Notes: generated by a model from the sequence alone, not told the origin. Counted from the stretch's first letter, positions 17,281 through 27,259 are shown. The stretch is DNA of 64,000 nt from Oligoflexales bacterium (GCA_947494335.1 CANLUT010000003.1:135381-199380), one strand, 5' to 3'. Translations and numbers: made by a program.

Positions 17281-18896
17281 TTTTTATAGGTTGTGATCCA
17301 CCACTCCCGTAAACCCTTTTCACAGGGCAACTGGAGGTTAGATATATTAAAGATACCGCTGCTTCCATCAGGGCAAACGCGCATTCCTGAAAAGGTGATA
17401 GCTTCAAATCCTTTGATCACCTTTGGATAAGGTTTTAATGAAATGATCGTTACATTTTCCTGGGACATGAGGCTCTGTTCTACGACGACGTCATCGGGAT
17501 CATTTCTTGTATACTCGGACCCCCGCGTGATCCCTGGCCATTGAGCAACCATTGCGCCAGGAACTTGATATCGCACTGCAGATTTAAGTTGATAGCTATC
17601 AACAGCTATTGCCTGGCCCGGGAAAGTTTGAGCAACCCAATTACCTAAAGCTTGAAAGCCTTTTGATTCAAGCAAGATTCGATTATTGCGAGCCATCGGA
17701 AATAATTGTGGCTGATGAATCATAAGTCCAAGGATCAACACTGCTGCTGCGTGTGACGTTAGTGCAATTATTGACATGCTGGTGGAAACAAATACTCTCG
17801 CTGAGATCCAGATAGCTAGAGGCGCCATATGCATGGCAGGCCAATTTGCCTCTATTTTCGAGACGGGACTAAGAATTCCGAAAAACAAAAGTGGAAAAAA
17901 CGCTGCCGCTTCAATGATGCTTGTGCCTTCGACGTTAATGGAGGATTTATCGAGGGCGCGACGTTTGATAAACAGCCAACCGAGCAAAGCTATTGAGTAT
18001 ATCCCCCACAGACCTGCGACACCACCAAGGAAGTCGCCGGTGTATTGAATCGCTTTTTCAAGTTTACTTTTGTCAGGCTTTGTCGAGACAAAAACCTCAT
18101 CAAATCCAGAGACACTGGACATTGCGTCAAATAGTTCCTTTTGGAGCTTTCGGGACGCATGATCATCTTTCGATGGATCGGTGGCGACGGGAAGACTTGA
18201 GATGCTAGCAATTGATTGCTGAATGGAGAATCCATGTCCAAACTGGAAACGAAAAGTTATCCAATCATTCTGGCTTTGCCACCATATGTGCGGCGCGATG
18301 ACTAATGCGCAAACAATTCCGCCTGCATAGGGCCAAATCGTGAAAAGCTGTCTGCGCCCTTGGCGTAGCAGTCCCCAGAGAAATACTGGACCAATAAGGA
18401 CCATAGTGTATTTACTCCAAAGTCCAAGACCCGTAGCTAGCCCTGCCGTCAGCCACCGCCCTCGATGTCCTCTGATAGCCAATATTGACTCATGTACAGC
18501 AATGATCCACATGGCCATGATTCCCGCATCGGGAGTGACAAGAAAACCGTTGGCAATGGCTCCCAGTGTCGATGCAACTAGCAACGTCGCTGTCAAAGCA
18601 TGATTTGGAATTATGAGCTTTGCAGTCTTCCAAACATAGAACATTGACATCAGATGTAACACCCACACTACGATCCGTGCAGAGACAATGTGATGGTACA
18701 TGTTTGAGGCCCCGGCTAGCCAGCTGACCATCGGTGGGTGATCAAAAAATCCTAACCTAGGCCATCCTGAACGTGTCGCCCAGTCAAGGTAGTAGGCTTC
18801 ATCTGTAATAATGGGGAATGTCAGGCCGACGACGAGCGGAATGAGCGTTGAGAGTGCGAGTAGGAAAAAAGACGTCTTTTTAGATGGGCTATTCAT
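17265..18896 (-). CDS. Glycosyltransferase family 39 (ArnT/PMT-like) integral membrane protein
   Basis: Multi-TM protein with the first-loop motif 'PIITDEAYYLDWA'. Size and hydrophobicity pattern fit GT39. Confidence 0.75.
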   Translation of the reverse strand: MNSPSKKTSFFLLALSTLIPLVVGLTFPIITDEAYYLDWATRSGWPRLGFFDHPPMVSWLAGASNMYHHIVSARIVVWVLHLMSMFYVWKTAKLIIPNHALTATLLVASTLGAIANGFLVTPDAGIMAMWIIAVHESILAIRGHRGRWLTAGLATGLGLWSKYTMVLIGPVFLWGLLRQGRRQLFTIWPYAGGIVCALVIAPHIWWQSQNDWITFRFQFGHGFSIQQSIASISSLPVATDPSKDDHASRKLQKELFDAMSSVSGFDEVFVSTKPDKSKLEKAIQYTGDFLGGVAGLWGIYSIALLGWLFIKRRALDKSSINVEGTSIIEAAAFFPLLFFGILSPVSKIEANWPAMHMAPLAIWISARVFVSTSMSIIALTSHAAAVLILGLMIHQPQLFPMARNNRILLESKGFQALGNWVAQTFPGQAIAVDSYQLKSAVRYQVPGAMVAQWPGITRGSEYTRNDPDDVVVEQSLMSQENVTIISLKPYPKVIKGFEAITFSGMRVCPDGSSGIFNISNLQLPCEKGLREWWITTYKNQNPR

Positions 18897-21163
18897 TGCG
18901 AGCAGGTCAATTCCTGTTGGATGCGAGATGCTAATCGTGTTTGCCTGGAAATGCTAACATTGTTGCGTACTGAAAAGCTCAAAGCTTTCTTGGATCCGAT
19001 GAATATAGCTAGCTTTCGTGCTCGAGTTAGTCCGGTATAAATTAGATTTCGTTGAAGCATCACATAGTGCTGCATCGACATAGGAAGAATGACCACGGGG
19101 AACTCGCTGCCTTGGGATTTATGAATTGTAATGGCGTAAGCTAACCTCAGATCATCTACTTGGTCACGATCATAAGTAACTAAACGCCCATCGCCAAAAC
19201 TGACTTTTGTTTTCCCACCTTCGACATTTGTTGCGCTCACGAATCCAATGTCTCCATTGAATACCTGCAAATCATAATTGTTGGCGGTTTGAATGACTTT
19301 ATCGCCCTCGCGAAGCTCGCCTTCACGTTGTTTCTGATTAGCCTCTCGCATGTGAGCTTTGGGGTCAGGGTTCAAAAGTTCTTGTAGCTCGTTATTTAAA
19401 TTATGAGTTCCAAGATCTCCACGGTTCATCGGTGAAAGAATTTGAATGTCTCGCGTGGCGTCAAGTTTATATTTGGTTGGCAGCACCTCTGTTAGGAGGT
19501 GTTTGATAACTCTATGAATATCATCACTGGACTCAACTTCGATAAATTGACAGTCAGTCGGTCCGTCGACAGAAAAATCAGGCGTTAGACCTTCGTTGAT
19601 ATTGTGAGCGTAACGAACAATCGAGCTGGTTGCAGCCTGGCGGAAAATCTCCCGTAGCTTTACACAAGGTATTTTTTCCGAGTTGATCATGTCCCGCAAA
19701 ACATTTCCCGGACCAACTGATGGTAGTTGATCGACGTCGCCGATAAAAATTACTTGCGCGTGGTCAGGGATAGCTCCCATTAGAGAGCTTGCGAGACGAA
19801 CATCCAGCATCGATGACTCGTCGCAAATGATGACGTCGGCTTTTAGAGGGTTTATCTCGTTGCGACCAAATCCACCTTCTGCGGGCTGCCACTCAAGAAG
19901 CCTATGAATCGTCCGTGCTTTTTCTGCTGAGACCTCGCTAAGACGCTGGGCGGCGCGACCAGTTGGGGCCGCAAGCAGTACCGATTTCCCCATGGCTTTA
20001 AAAAGTCGGATGATTGCGTTTGCTGTCGTTGTTTTCCCGACGCCAGGTCCGCCAGTCAGAACGAAAATCCGGCTACAAGCCGCTTGAACGACCGCATCGG
20101 CTTGCGATTGGGAAAGTGGGGACGGAGAAACTTCGTTGTAGCGTTTAATCCACTGGTGTACACGTTCCGGATCCTGATCAACACTTCGTTTCATCAGGCG
20201 TGCTAAACCATCGGCGATGTCTTGCTCTGCTGCCAACAGATCTGGGCGCCAATGACACAAGTTGGTTCCTGATTCGTCAGCCTTGGACTCAGTCAGAAGA
20301 GACCCTGCTTTTGCGAGGAGCTCTAGTTGTTCTGGTACCAGGTCTCTGAGTCTTTGTTCAGGGAGTCCCAAGATCCCTTGTAATAACTCAGTGATTTGAG
20401 AACTCGTTTGAAAGCAGTGCCCGCGTTCCTCTGACTGCTGCATTTGGTAAATGATGGCAGCACGAATTCTCTCCGGCGAATCTGGCGCAATTCCGATGCT
20501 TTTGGCAATGGCGTCAGCTTTTATAAAGCCAATGCCATTAATATCTACTGCAAGCTGATAGGGATTGGCTGAGATCAGCTCAATGGCTGTATCGCCATAA
20601 AGTCTCAAAATTCTTTGGGCGTAGGTTAGGGATATGCCGTGATGGGTCAAAAACATCATTACGTCAGCAATCGACTTTTGTGCTTTCCATGACTCAATGA
20701 TTTCCTGCGCCTTCTTTTTTCCAATTTTCGGAACTTGTGTAAGGCAGCCGGGGTTTTCATCGAGAATCTTGAAAGTATCAAGTCCGAAATGTCCCACAAT
20801 TCGTTCAGCGGTTTTGTCGCCAATGCCTTTAATCACTCCTGACGACAGATACCGTAGAATGGCTGCTCGCGTTGTTGGTCTGACGGGCACTGCCCGCTCT
20901 GCTTTGAATTGACGGCCATAAGTCGCGTGGCTTGACCATGACCCAATTAATTGAAGGTGCTCGCCTTCACTACACGGAGGCAGACTGCCTGTGACTGTTA
21001 CAAGAGACTGATCGTCCACGTTTCTTACTTTTAGGACGGTCCATCCATTCTCATCATTTCGGTAGGTAATTCTCTCTATCTCAGCGTGAATCTGCTCTTT
21101 GCCCGCAAGAGACAAATCATTCGGCGTTGCCTTGATTGGTTGTTGTGACAGTAGATCCAGCAT
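18893..21163 (-). CDS. recD2: RecD2-like SF1B ATP-dependent DNA helicase (RecD/TraA family)
   Basis: Walker A 'LTGGPGVGKTT', motif II 'VIICDESSMLD', 'FIGDVDQLPSVGPGN', 'AYAITIHKSQGSEF'. N-terminal HhH-like region. Its stop codon overlaps the GT39 start (ATGA, 18893-18896). Confidence 0.85.
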   Translation of the reverse strand: MLDLLSQQPIKATPNDLSLAGKEQIHAEIERITYRNDENGWTVLKVRNVDDQSLVTVTGSLPPCSEGEHLQLIGSWSSHATYGRQFKAERAVPVRPTTRAAILRYLSSGVIKGIGDKTAERIVGHFGLDTFKILDENPGCLTQVPKIGKKKAQEIIESWKAQKSIADVMMFLTHHGISLTYAQRILRLYGDTAIELISANPYQLAVDINGIGFIKADAIAKSIGIAPDSPERIRAAIIYQMQQSEERGHCFQTSSQITELLQGILGLPEQRLRDLVPEQLELLAKAGSLLTESKADESGTNLCHWRPDLLAAEQDIADGLARLMKRSVDQDPERVHQWIKRYNEVSPSPLSQSQADAVVQAACSRIFVLTGGPGVGKTTTANAIIRLFKAMGKSVLLAAPTGRAAQRLSEVSAEKARTIHRLLEWQPAEGGFGRNEINPLKADVIICDESSMLDVRLASSLMGAIPDHAQVIFIGDVDQLPSVGPGNVLRDMINSEKIPCVKLREIFRQAATSSIVRYAHNINEGLTPDFSVDGPTDCQFIEVESSDDIHRVIKHLLTEVLPTKYKLDATRDIQILSPMNRGDLGTHNLNNELQELLNPDPKAHMREANQKQREGELREGDKVIQTANNYDLQVFNGDIGFVSATNVEGGKTKVSFGDGRLVTYDRDQVDDLRLAYAITIHKSQGSEFPVVILPMSMQHYVMLQRNLIYTGLTRARKLAIFIGSKKALSFSVRNNVSISRQTRLASRIQQELTCSQ

Positions 21164-21385
21164 AAGTTGCCCCAGTCTAGCACGGGGTTAGGGTCAGCCC
21201 TAGAGGGCATTGGTAAGATAGAAAAAATTATTTATTTTCCAATAATTTTAGATATTTACAATCATTTTTGCTGGGTGGGGTTAATTGTTTTTTAGGGGTA
21301 GCCGAAACCCCTAGAAGGGCGATCGGGGGGCTCACAGGCCGCTTGACCGCTGTTCTAAACCTGAGCCAGTAGAAGGAGATCATGC

Positions 21386-21799
21386 ATGCGGTTTCAGTTC
21401 TCATTTAAACACATGGAAACGTCTGACGCTCTACAGTCTTATGCTGAAGGCAAGTTAAGGCAAGAGATCCAAAAATTTGCCACCAAGCCAGTGGAGTGTC
21501 ACTTAACATTTTCCGTTGATCGTCACAACCACACAGCTCATTTGTCTTTCAATGGCGGTGACGGCTTCTCTTTCCAAGTTGATCATACGTGTACTGACAT
21601 GTACGGAAGTGTGGATCACATGGTGGACAAGCTTGAAAGCCAACTTCGTAAGCAAAAAGAAAAGCTGAAAAATCACAAAGGACATAAGGGTCGAAAAGAT
21701 GTTCTCTATCTTGTGGATCGTGGTTTCGAAGTAGCTGAGGTGGATGCAGGTGACATACTTAAGTACGAGGCGGCCAGGCGTAAAGTGTCTGGTGGGTAA
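21386..21799 (+). CDS. hpf: Ribosome hibernation promoting factor (HPF/RaiA/YfiA family)
   Basis: 'MRFQFSFKHMETSDALQSYAEGKL...' matches the sigma-54 modulation protein / S30EA fold pattern. GAAGGAG Shine-Dalgarno. Confidence 0.85.
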   Translation: MRFQFSFKHMETSDALQSYAEGKLRQEIQKFATKPVECHLTFSVDRHNHTAHLSFNGGDGFSFQVDHTCTDMYGSVDHMVDKLESQLRKQKEKLKNHKGHKGRKDVLYLVDRGFEVAEVDAGDILKYEAARRKVSGG

Positions 21800-21811
21800 C
21801 TAAATTTGAGA

Positions 21812-21850
21812 CAAAAAAGCCCCCGGTCAATCGGGGGCTTTCTTATTTTA
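21812..21850. terminator. Rho-independent terminator after hpf (shared with the convergent gene)
   Basis: Stem AGCCCCCG (21818-21825), loop GTCAAT, stem CGGGGGCT (21832-21839), then 'ttcttatttt'. An A-run lies upstream. Confidence 0.8.
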
Positions 21851-21859
21851 AAAGCGATA

Positions 21860-22819
21860 TCAGTTTAGAGGTAGCATGACCACGGGTGGCTCAGGTTTGG
21901 CCAAAGCCGTATTAGAGACAACTATGGCTTCAAAGCGCTTTTTTGCGTGGCTGACGTAATACGTTGTCACGTTTGACAGCTCATTGATTTGAGGATTTCC
22001 TTTTTCAAACTGAGTCGTGACTTCCCAAGCCGCATCAGCTTGCACGGCTCGGCTTTCGCTCGTCAATGCGTCCGTGAATACAGCAGCTGGACTGACCGGC
22101 TTAAATGTTACAGTGCCATTAAAAACTCTTGGGTTGGCATCGATCATTGCTGTTACCTTAACGCTTCGTCCGCCACGTAATTCCTTTTGATATTGATCTG
22201 CTGAAGCCATCGGGTTCACGGCGTTTGCCAAACCAGGGTTGAATGTAATGGTGTGGTTGCCTGCTTTTCCTGAAAGTTTGTGGGTTCTGCTGGCAGTGGC
22301 GACGCATAGGAAGTCTTTCCACTCAGGGTTGCTTCCGTTTGTGAGTTTTAACCATTCGCCGTTTGGAATAGCTGTCGTTTCGACGGTGCCAGCGCGCGAG
22401 TTTGAAGCAATACGTGCACCTATCAAAAGAATAAGACTCTGTAGCGGCGTGACGTTTGTCGATTTATCGATGACCTTATTGAGTTTGACATCAATTGTTG
22501 TCTTTGATGCGCCTCTGGTTGACTGGATATCCAGATTCGCCATAGCCTCCACTCTGTAGGACATATTCAGTGCTTGGCCTTCGCTGACAATATTTTGACT
22601 TTGGAGCTTCTGCGTATAAAGAGGATTACCAGCATCCTCCTCAACATCGACTCCACAGTTTTTCTTGAAATCAAAACCCTGGGGAACTTCACCCGCAGGC
22701 TTCCAAGGCGCAGATCCTCGATTGCCAGAATCTGATTTTCCCAAGAAAGGCACACATGAATGATTAAGGAATGCAGCCCCTGCCAATACAGCCGCGAAAA
22801 ACCTGGCAATGCTGGTCAT
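21860..22819 (-). CDS. Hypothetical secreted protein or lipoprotein
   Basis: Likely start is ATG 22819 ('MTSIARFFAAVLAGAAFLNHSC...': hydrophobic signal, weak lipobox). The ORF-track extension to 22942 is not signal-like. No recognisable family. Confidence 0.55.
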   Translation of the reverse strand: MTSIARFFAAVLAGAAFLNHSCVPFLGKSDSGNRGSAPWKPAGEVPQGFDFKKNCGVDVEEDAGNPLYTQKLQSQNIVSEGQALNMSYRVEAMANLDIQSTRGASKTTIDVKLNKVIDKSTNVTPLQSLILLIGARIASNSRAGTVETTAIPNGEWLKLTNGSNPEWKDFLCVATASRTHKLSGKAGNHTITFNPGLANAVNPMASADQYQKELRGGRSVKVTAMIDANPRVFNGTVTFKPVSPAAVFTDALTSESRAVQADAAWEVTTQFEKGNPQINELSNVTTYYVSHAKKRFEAIVVSNTALAKPEPPVVMLPLN

Positions 22820-23039
22820 AAATGCCCATCCTTGCAATATGATTGATTGGTAACCCTTTAATGTTGCCCTACCAACACTAGACAAATCAAGTTTTTGCGC
22901 TGCGGCGAGCCCTGCTAAATTGGCATATGTGCCTGACAACAATGCCTAATTTGGTCAGCTGGCCAATTTGTGATATTCTCTTCTGATAACTTCAAAAAGC
23001 ATCTGCATGGATGCAGCTAGTGAACCCAGGGAGGGGATT

Positions 23040-25124
23040 ATGAAAGCTTGGAGCAGGGCGCTTATTATTGTTGGTCTCATGACCAGCTCATCGGTTTTGG
23101 CCGGTCAGTTTAATCTCGACAAGGAGCATGTTCCTGGCGAACTGATCGTTAAGTTTAAGGACGGTAAATCAGCAGCGGCAACAAGCGTTCTGAAGTCCCT
23201 TGGCGGTACAACCAAAACTCAATTCAAAACGCGCGGTGCACAGGTTGTAAAATTTTCCAATGCAAAATCAAATAAGGCCCTGCTTGCAACAGCGAAACTA
23301 TTGAACGCTCGTTCAGACGTTGAATACGTCGAAGCGAACAATATTATTCGTATCAATAAGGTTCCGAATGATATCGATTTCAGCAAGCAGTACGGCATGC
23401 ACAACACTGGCACTGATGGTGGCACGGCTGACGCTGATATTGACGCGGTGGAAGCCTGGGAGGTCTCTACCGGTTCAAAAGACGTAGTCGTTGGCATTAT
23501 AGATACTGGAGTTGATTACTCACATCCGGATATCGCTCCGAACTACTGGAGTAACCCAGGCGAAGTTGGACTCGATGCCAGCGGGAAAGACAAAACAACC
23601 AATGGTGTTGATGATGACGGTAACGGCTATATTGACGACTTCCGTGGATGGGATTTCGTAAATAAAGATAATGACCCAATGGACGATCACGCTCACGGTA
23701 CTCACTGCGCTGCGGTCATTGGCGCACGTGGAAATGATGGCGTAGGTGTTTCAGGAGTTAATTGGAATACATCACTTGTCGGCTTAAAGTTTTTGTCAGG
23801 TGGCGGCAGTGGAACCCTCGAAGACGCTGTTTTGGCGATCGAGTATGCAAACACCTTGGGGCTCAGTATGACCAGCAACAGCTGGGGTGGTGGTGGCTAC
23901 AGCCAGACTATGGTTGATGCTATTCGCGCAGCAAACGAGCGTGGAATTTTGTTCATCGCTGCTGCTGGCAACGACAGTAATAACAACGATAACTCACCAT
24001 CGTATCCAGCCACGTATGATGTTCCAAACGTAATCTCTGTTGCTGCGTCAGACAACAAGGATCAAATGGCCTACTTCTCTAATAGTGGCGTTAGAACTGT
24101 GCACGTTGCTGCTCCAGGCGTGGATATCTACTCTGCTGTACTGGGTGGCCGTTACCAAAAAATGAGTGGTACATCTATGGCGACACCGCATGTTGCCGGG
24201 GTTGCAGCGCTTGTTAAATCTGCGCTTCCAGATGCGACAGCTGCGCAAATTCGTGCAAGAATTTTAAATGGTGTTGATCGTTCAAGCTACTGGGCAACTC
24301 GCGTCCAATCAGGTGGCCGCGTCAATGCAATGAACTCTCTGGAAGTTGATACGATTCCTCCAGCAACGGTAAGTGATCTTGGCGTTGTCTCATCCTCGAC
24401 CATGTCCGTCACATTGCAGTGGTCGCCAGTCGGTGATGATAATACGAATGGATCGGCAAGTGGCTATGAGATCCGCTCGAGTGCTCGCCCTATAACTAAT
24501 GATGCTGAATGGCAGGCTGCAACGCTGGTCTCCTCGACGCAAACAATTGTTGATGGAAAGATTCAAGCCGTAGTTCTATTCGGTGATTTTAATCAGACAG
24601 GATATTTAGCGGTCAGGGCAACTGATAACGTTGGTAACCAGAGCCGTGGAGTCCAGTCTGTTGAGTTCGCAACACGGGCCGTCAACCGGTTCTATGACCG
24701 CAATGCCACGAGTATGGATGGATTTACAGCGCAGGCACCGTGGGCAATTGAGACTCTTACAGATGGAACAGCAGTGTTCTCTGATAGTCCCGGCACGACC
24801 TACGAAAATTCCGTCAATGTATCTTTGACCTCGGCTCCCATTTCGGTTCCGTCTTCTGATGTGACGTTGTCGGTTGAACTCAATGCTGATCTTGAAAGCA
24901 CTTATGACTTCCTTAATGTTGAACTTTCTAGTGATGGTGGAGTCACATGGACGGCTACTGATCGGATGACCGGAGCAACTGGTGGGTTTGTTCGTAAACT
25001 ATACCCTCTTCAGGGGATTGCTGCGGACTCTTCGATTCAGGTTCGCTTTAGAATGGAGTCAGATACGTCGATTGGAAAAGACGGTGTAATGGTGAAAAAT
25101 ATTTCTTTGATCGCACCTCTTTGA
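23040..25124 (+). CDS. Secreted subtilisin-like serine protease (peptidase S8) with C-terminal accessory domains
   Basis: GGGAGGGG Shine-Dalgarno. Signal peptide 'MKAWSRALIIVGLMTSSSVLA|GQ'. Catalytic triad motifs 'VGIIDTGVD', 'HGTHCAAVIG', 'SGTSMATPHVAG'. An FN3-like segment 'MSVTLQWSPVGDD...GYEIRSS' and a further C-terminal beta-rich domain follow. Confidence 0.9.
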   Translation: MKAWSRALIIVGLMTSSSVLAGQFNLDKEHVPGELIVKFKDGKSAAATSVLKSLGGTTKTQFKTRGAQVVKFSNAKSNKALLATAKLLNARSDVEYVEANNIIRINKVPNDIDFSKQYGMHNTGTDGGTADADIDAVEAWEVSTGSKDVVVGIIDTGVDYSHPDIAPNYWSNPGEVGLDASGKDKTTNGVDDDGNGYIDDFRGWDFVNKDNDPMDDHAHGTHCAAVIGARGNDGVGVSGVNWNTSLVGLKFLSGGGSGTLEDAVLAIEYANTLGLSMTSNSWGGGGYSQTMVDAIRAANERGILFIAAAGNDSNNNDNSPSYPATYDVPNVISVAASDNKDQMAYFSNSGVRTVHVAAPGVDIYSAVLGGRYQKMSGTSMATPHVAGVAALVKSALPDATAAQIRARILNGVDRSSYWATRVQSGGRVNAMNSLEVDTIPPATVSDLGVVSSSTMSVTLQWSPVGDDNTNGSASGYEIRSSARPITNDAEWQAATLVSSTQTIVDGKIQAVVLFGDFNQTGYLAVRATDNVGNQSRGVQSVEFATRAVNRFYDRNATSMDGFTAQAPWAIETLTDGTAVFSDSPGTTYENSVNVSLTSAPISVPSSDVTLSVELNADLESTYDFLNVELSSDGGVTWTATDRMTGATGGFVRKLYPLQGIAADSSIQVRFRMESDTSIGKDGVMVKNISLIAPL

Positions 25125-25133
25125 ATCCTCCTA

Positions 25134-25171
25134 GAAAAGGCCCGCCAGTAAAATGGCGGGTCTTTTTTTTT
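25134..25171 (+). terminator. Rho-independent terminator after the S8 protease gene
   Basis: Stem GGCCCGCCA, loop GTAAAA, stem TGGCGGGTC, followed by a 9-T run (25162-25170). Confidence 0.85.
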
Positions 25172-25434
25172 GCAAAAAACGACTTCGGTAATCGCTGTTT
25201 GCTGACCATATCTGGCCCCGGATTCAGGCGCGTTTTGACGCCGTTCGTGATCATCCCTTTAGTCCTGCGTCCGCATTTCATTTACCAGCGTCACGTTAAT
25301 TGGACTCTGTACTAAAAGATTGTTTGATTACAGATGGTTGAAGAGGTTCAAACGGTTGTGGTCGCCGCCCTTTTCCCCTTTTCGAGATAGCTAATCTCGT
25401 GTACCTTCCCGGTTCCTAAAAAAGGGGGTTCCTA

Positions 25435-26712
25435 GTGTCCAGGCCGATTCGGATGTTGTTTGGCTTTTCTCTCGGTGCCGTTCTTGGACTGTTGGTTTTT
25501 GCATTTGCACCAACGGCGCCCTGGGTTGAGCCATCCATAAAGTATTTCTTTCAGCCCTTAAGCCAGGTTTTCCTGAGGATGATCTTTGCGGCCGTCGTTC
25601 CCTTGGTATTTTGCTCGCTCGTGCTCGGTGTGTTTGAAATGGGTGATTTCAAGGCGTTGGGTCGTATCTCTTTAAAAACAATGCTCTATACGATCTTTGC
25701 CAGCACCGCATCGGTGGCGATTGGCTTGGGTTTGGTGTCGTGGTTTAAGCCTGGCGTTGGGTTTGATGCGGCTATGATCGAATCCGCAAAGTCCATGCCC
25801 CAAAGTTTGCAGGTTATAGATAATGCATCTCAGGCTAAATCAGCAGTGCAAGTCCTCGTCGAGCTAATCCCAAAGAATCCCTTTGAATCAGCTGTTCGCG
25901 CTCTTGATGGCGAAATGTTGTCACTAATGGTCTTTGCTTTGATTTTTGGAACTGCCCTCTTGGCGGTCCGTAATGGAAGAAGCGGGGATCCGCTCATTAG
26001 AGTTTTGGAGAGTATCCGTGATGTGGCGATGAAGATCGTGGATTTTGCCATGTCTTTGGCTCCCTACGCCATCGCTGCCCTGACGTTTTCGCTGTGTGCT
26101 CGTTTCGGTTGGGGTTTACTGGTTAAACTTGGAGCCTACGTGGGTGTTGTATTACTTGGTCTTTCTATACAACAGTTTGTTGTTTTTGGTGCAGTACTCG
26201 CTATCTTTGCGCGACGTAACATTTGGACTTTCATGGGTGACACCAAGGAAGTGATTGTGACGGCTTTTTCGACGGCGTCCAGTAATGCTACCTTGCCAGT
26301 CTCCATTAGAGTTGCGGATCAAAAGCTCCGGCTCAATAAGAAGGTCTCGAGTTTCGTGTTAACTGTCGGGGCGACGGCCAATCAAAATGGAACAGCTCTC
26401 TTCGAAGGTGTTACGGTCCTATTTCTTGCCCAGGTATTTAACGTTGATTTGACCTTGATGCAGCAGGCTACGGTCATGGCGATGTCCGTCATTGCAGGTA
26501 TCGGTACCGCAGGCGTGCCGGGTGGTAGTCTACCGCTCATTGTGATTGTACTTCAGTCTGTGGGCATCCCCGCTGAAGGCATTGGCCTTGTTTTAGGGGT
26601 CGACCGATTTCTTGATATGTGTAGAACGGTGTTAAATGTCATGGGTGATCTGGTTGCAGCAACTGTGATTGATGCAACAGAGGACAATCCAGATCAGTCT
26701 AGCTTCGCCTGA
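25435..26712 (+). CDS. Dicarboxylate/amino acid:cation symporter (DAACS family)
   Basis: GTG start with an AGGGGG Shine-Dalgarno. Family motifs 'TASSNATLPVS', 'GATANQNGTALFEGV' and 'GIGTAGVPGGSLPLI'. Confidence 0.85.
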   Translation: MSRPIRMLFGFSLGAVLGLLVFAFAPTAPWVEPSIKYFFQPLSQVFLRMIFAAVVPLVFCSLVLGVFEMGDFKALGRISLKTMLYTIFASTASVAIGLGLVSWFKPGVGFDAAMIESAKSMPQSLQVIDNASQAKSAVQVLVELIPKNPFESAVRALDGEMLSLMVFALIFGTALLAVRNGRSGDPLIRVLESIRDVAMKIVDFAMSLAPYAIAALTFSLCARFGWGLLVKLGAYVGVVLLGLSIQQFVVFGAVLAIFARRNIWTFMGDTKEVIVTAFSTASSNATLPVSIRVADQKLRLNKKVSSFVLTVGATANQNGTALFEGVTVLFLAQVFNVDLTLMQQATVMAMSVIAGIGTAGVPGGSLPLIVIVLQSVGIPAEGIGLVLGVDRFLDMCRTVLNVMGDLVAATVIDATEDNPDQSSFA

Positions 26713-26735
26713 TTTGCCGAATTTATTGATCTTAC

Positions 26736-27257
26736 CTATTTGTTATCTTTCTTTTGTCCGTTGTCGGCGGCGTCTTTGCTCGTCTCGCTGTCTGCGGCAT
26801 TTTCAGGCGTTGCAGGTGTCGAAGCTGCTGCTAATTCAATGTCCGTAGGCGATTTTACAATTTTGTAGGGAATTTTGAGAGAGACTCGTATCGGTAGCCG
26901 TTTGCCAAAGGTTCGCTTTGCACGCGGCCCTAGTGTAACTCCAGCTTCATGGCTTGTGATAGTCATCTTACTTGAGCAGTCGGCGGCGCAATTGGCCGCA
27001 CCTTCAGCCGAGTCATAGGTACGTTGACAATAAATGCAGTGAAACTCGAGCTTACCTAGGCGTTTCTGGCTGATCCAAGGAGCGTCTTTCAATACAGTTT
27101 GCCAGCACTGATGCAGACATGAGTTGGCATCATCTGCAGATGCGTGCGCTTTCCTACAAATTCCGCAAACGAAGCTTGTTCCCTGAGTGAAAACGCGTCT
27201 CATCATAAAACTGCGCAGAGTTCTAGGCTTCACCGACCCTGGTGATTTGGCAGACAT
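26736..27257 (-). CDS. Hypothetical protein with two C-x2-C-x12-C-x3-C modules and a disordered acidic/lysine tail
   Basis: 'FVCGICRKAHASADDANSCLHQC' and 'FHCIYCQRTYDSAEGAANCAADC'. Its ATG (27255-27257) lies 2 nt after the ettA stop codon (27260-27262). Confidence 0.55.
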   Translation of the reverse strand: MSAKSPGSVKPRTLRSFMMRRVFTQGTSFVCGICRKAHASADDANSCLHQCWQTVLKDAPWISQKRLGKLEFHCIYCQRTYDSAEGAANCAADCSSKMTITSHEAGVTLGPRAKRTFGKRLPIRVSLKIPYKIVKSPTDIELAAASTPATPENAADSETSKDAADNGQKKDNK

Positions 27258-27259
27258 GT

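Noticed and set aside
22820-22942. N-terminal extensions in the ORF track for several genes: 22942, 23007, 52681, 55445, 10761, 12494, 37169, 34026, 38993, 60793, 9382, 48434, 15295, 40165, 40608.
   Set aside because: In each case an internal ATG or GTG has a proper Shine-Dalgarno. That start also yields either a canonical N-terminus or signal peptide, or the better-supported reading frame start. The longer forms bury the signal or lack an SD.
25121-25315. Small ORFs crossing the protease terminator (25121-25315 on the plus strand, 25048-25281 on the minus strand). Other intergenic 60-90-aa ORFs: 9361-9591, 33948-34208, 49176-49382, 51168-51359, 54069-54260.
   Set aside because: They have no Shine-Dalgarno. 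They traverse terminator hairpins or overlap better-supported genes, and their composition is unremarkable.
25172-25434. A 260-bp leader before the DAACS transporter, considered as a possible riboswitch. It contains the direct 8-mer GGTTCCTA twice (25410-25434) and a 'GGTTCAAAC' T-loop-like string (about 25346).
   Set aside because: I could not match glycine, glutamine or other amino-acid riboswitch cores. The T-loop-like string has no complementary T-stem or acceptor stem, so it is not a tRNA. The second 8-mer copy simply includes the Shine-Dalgarno and start region.
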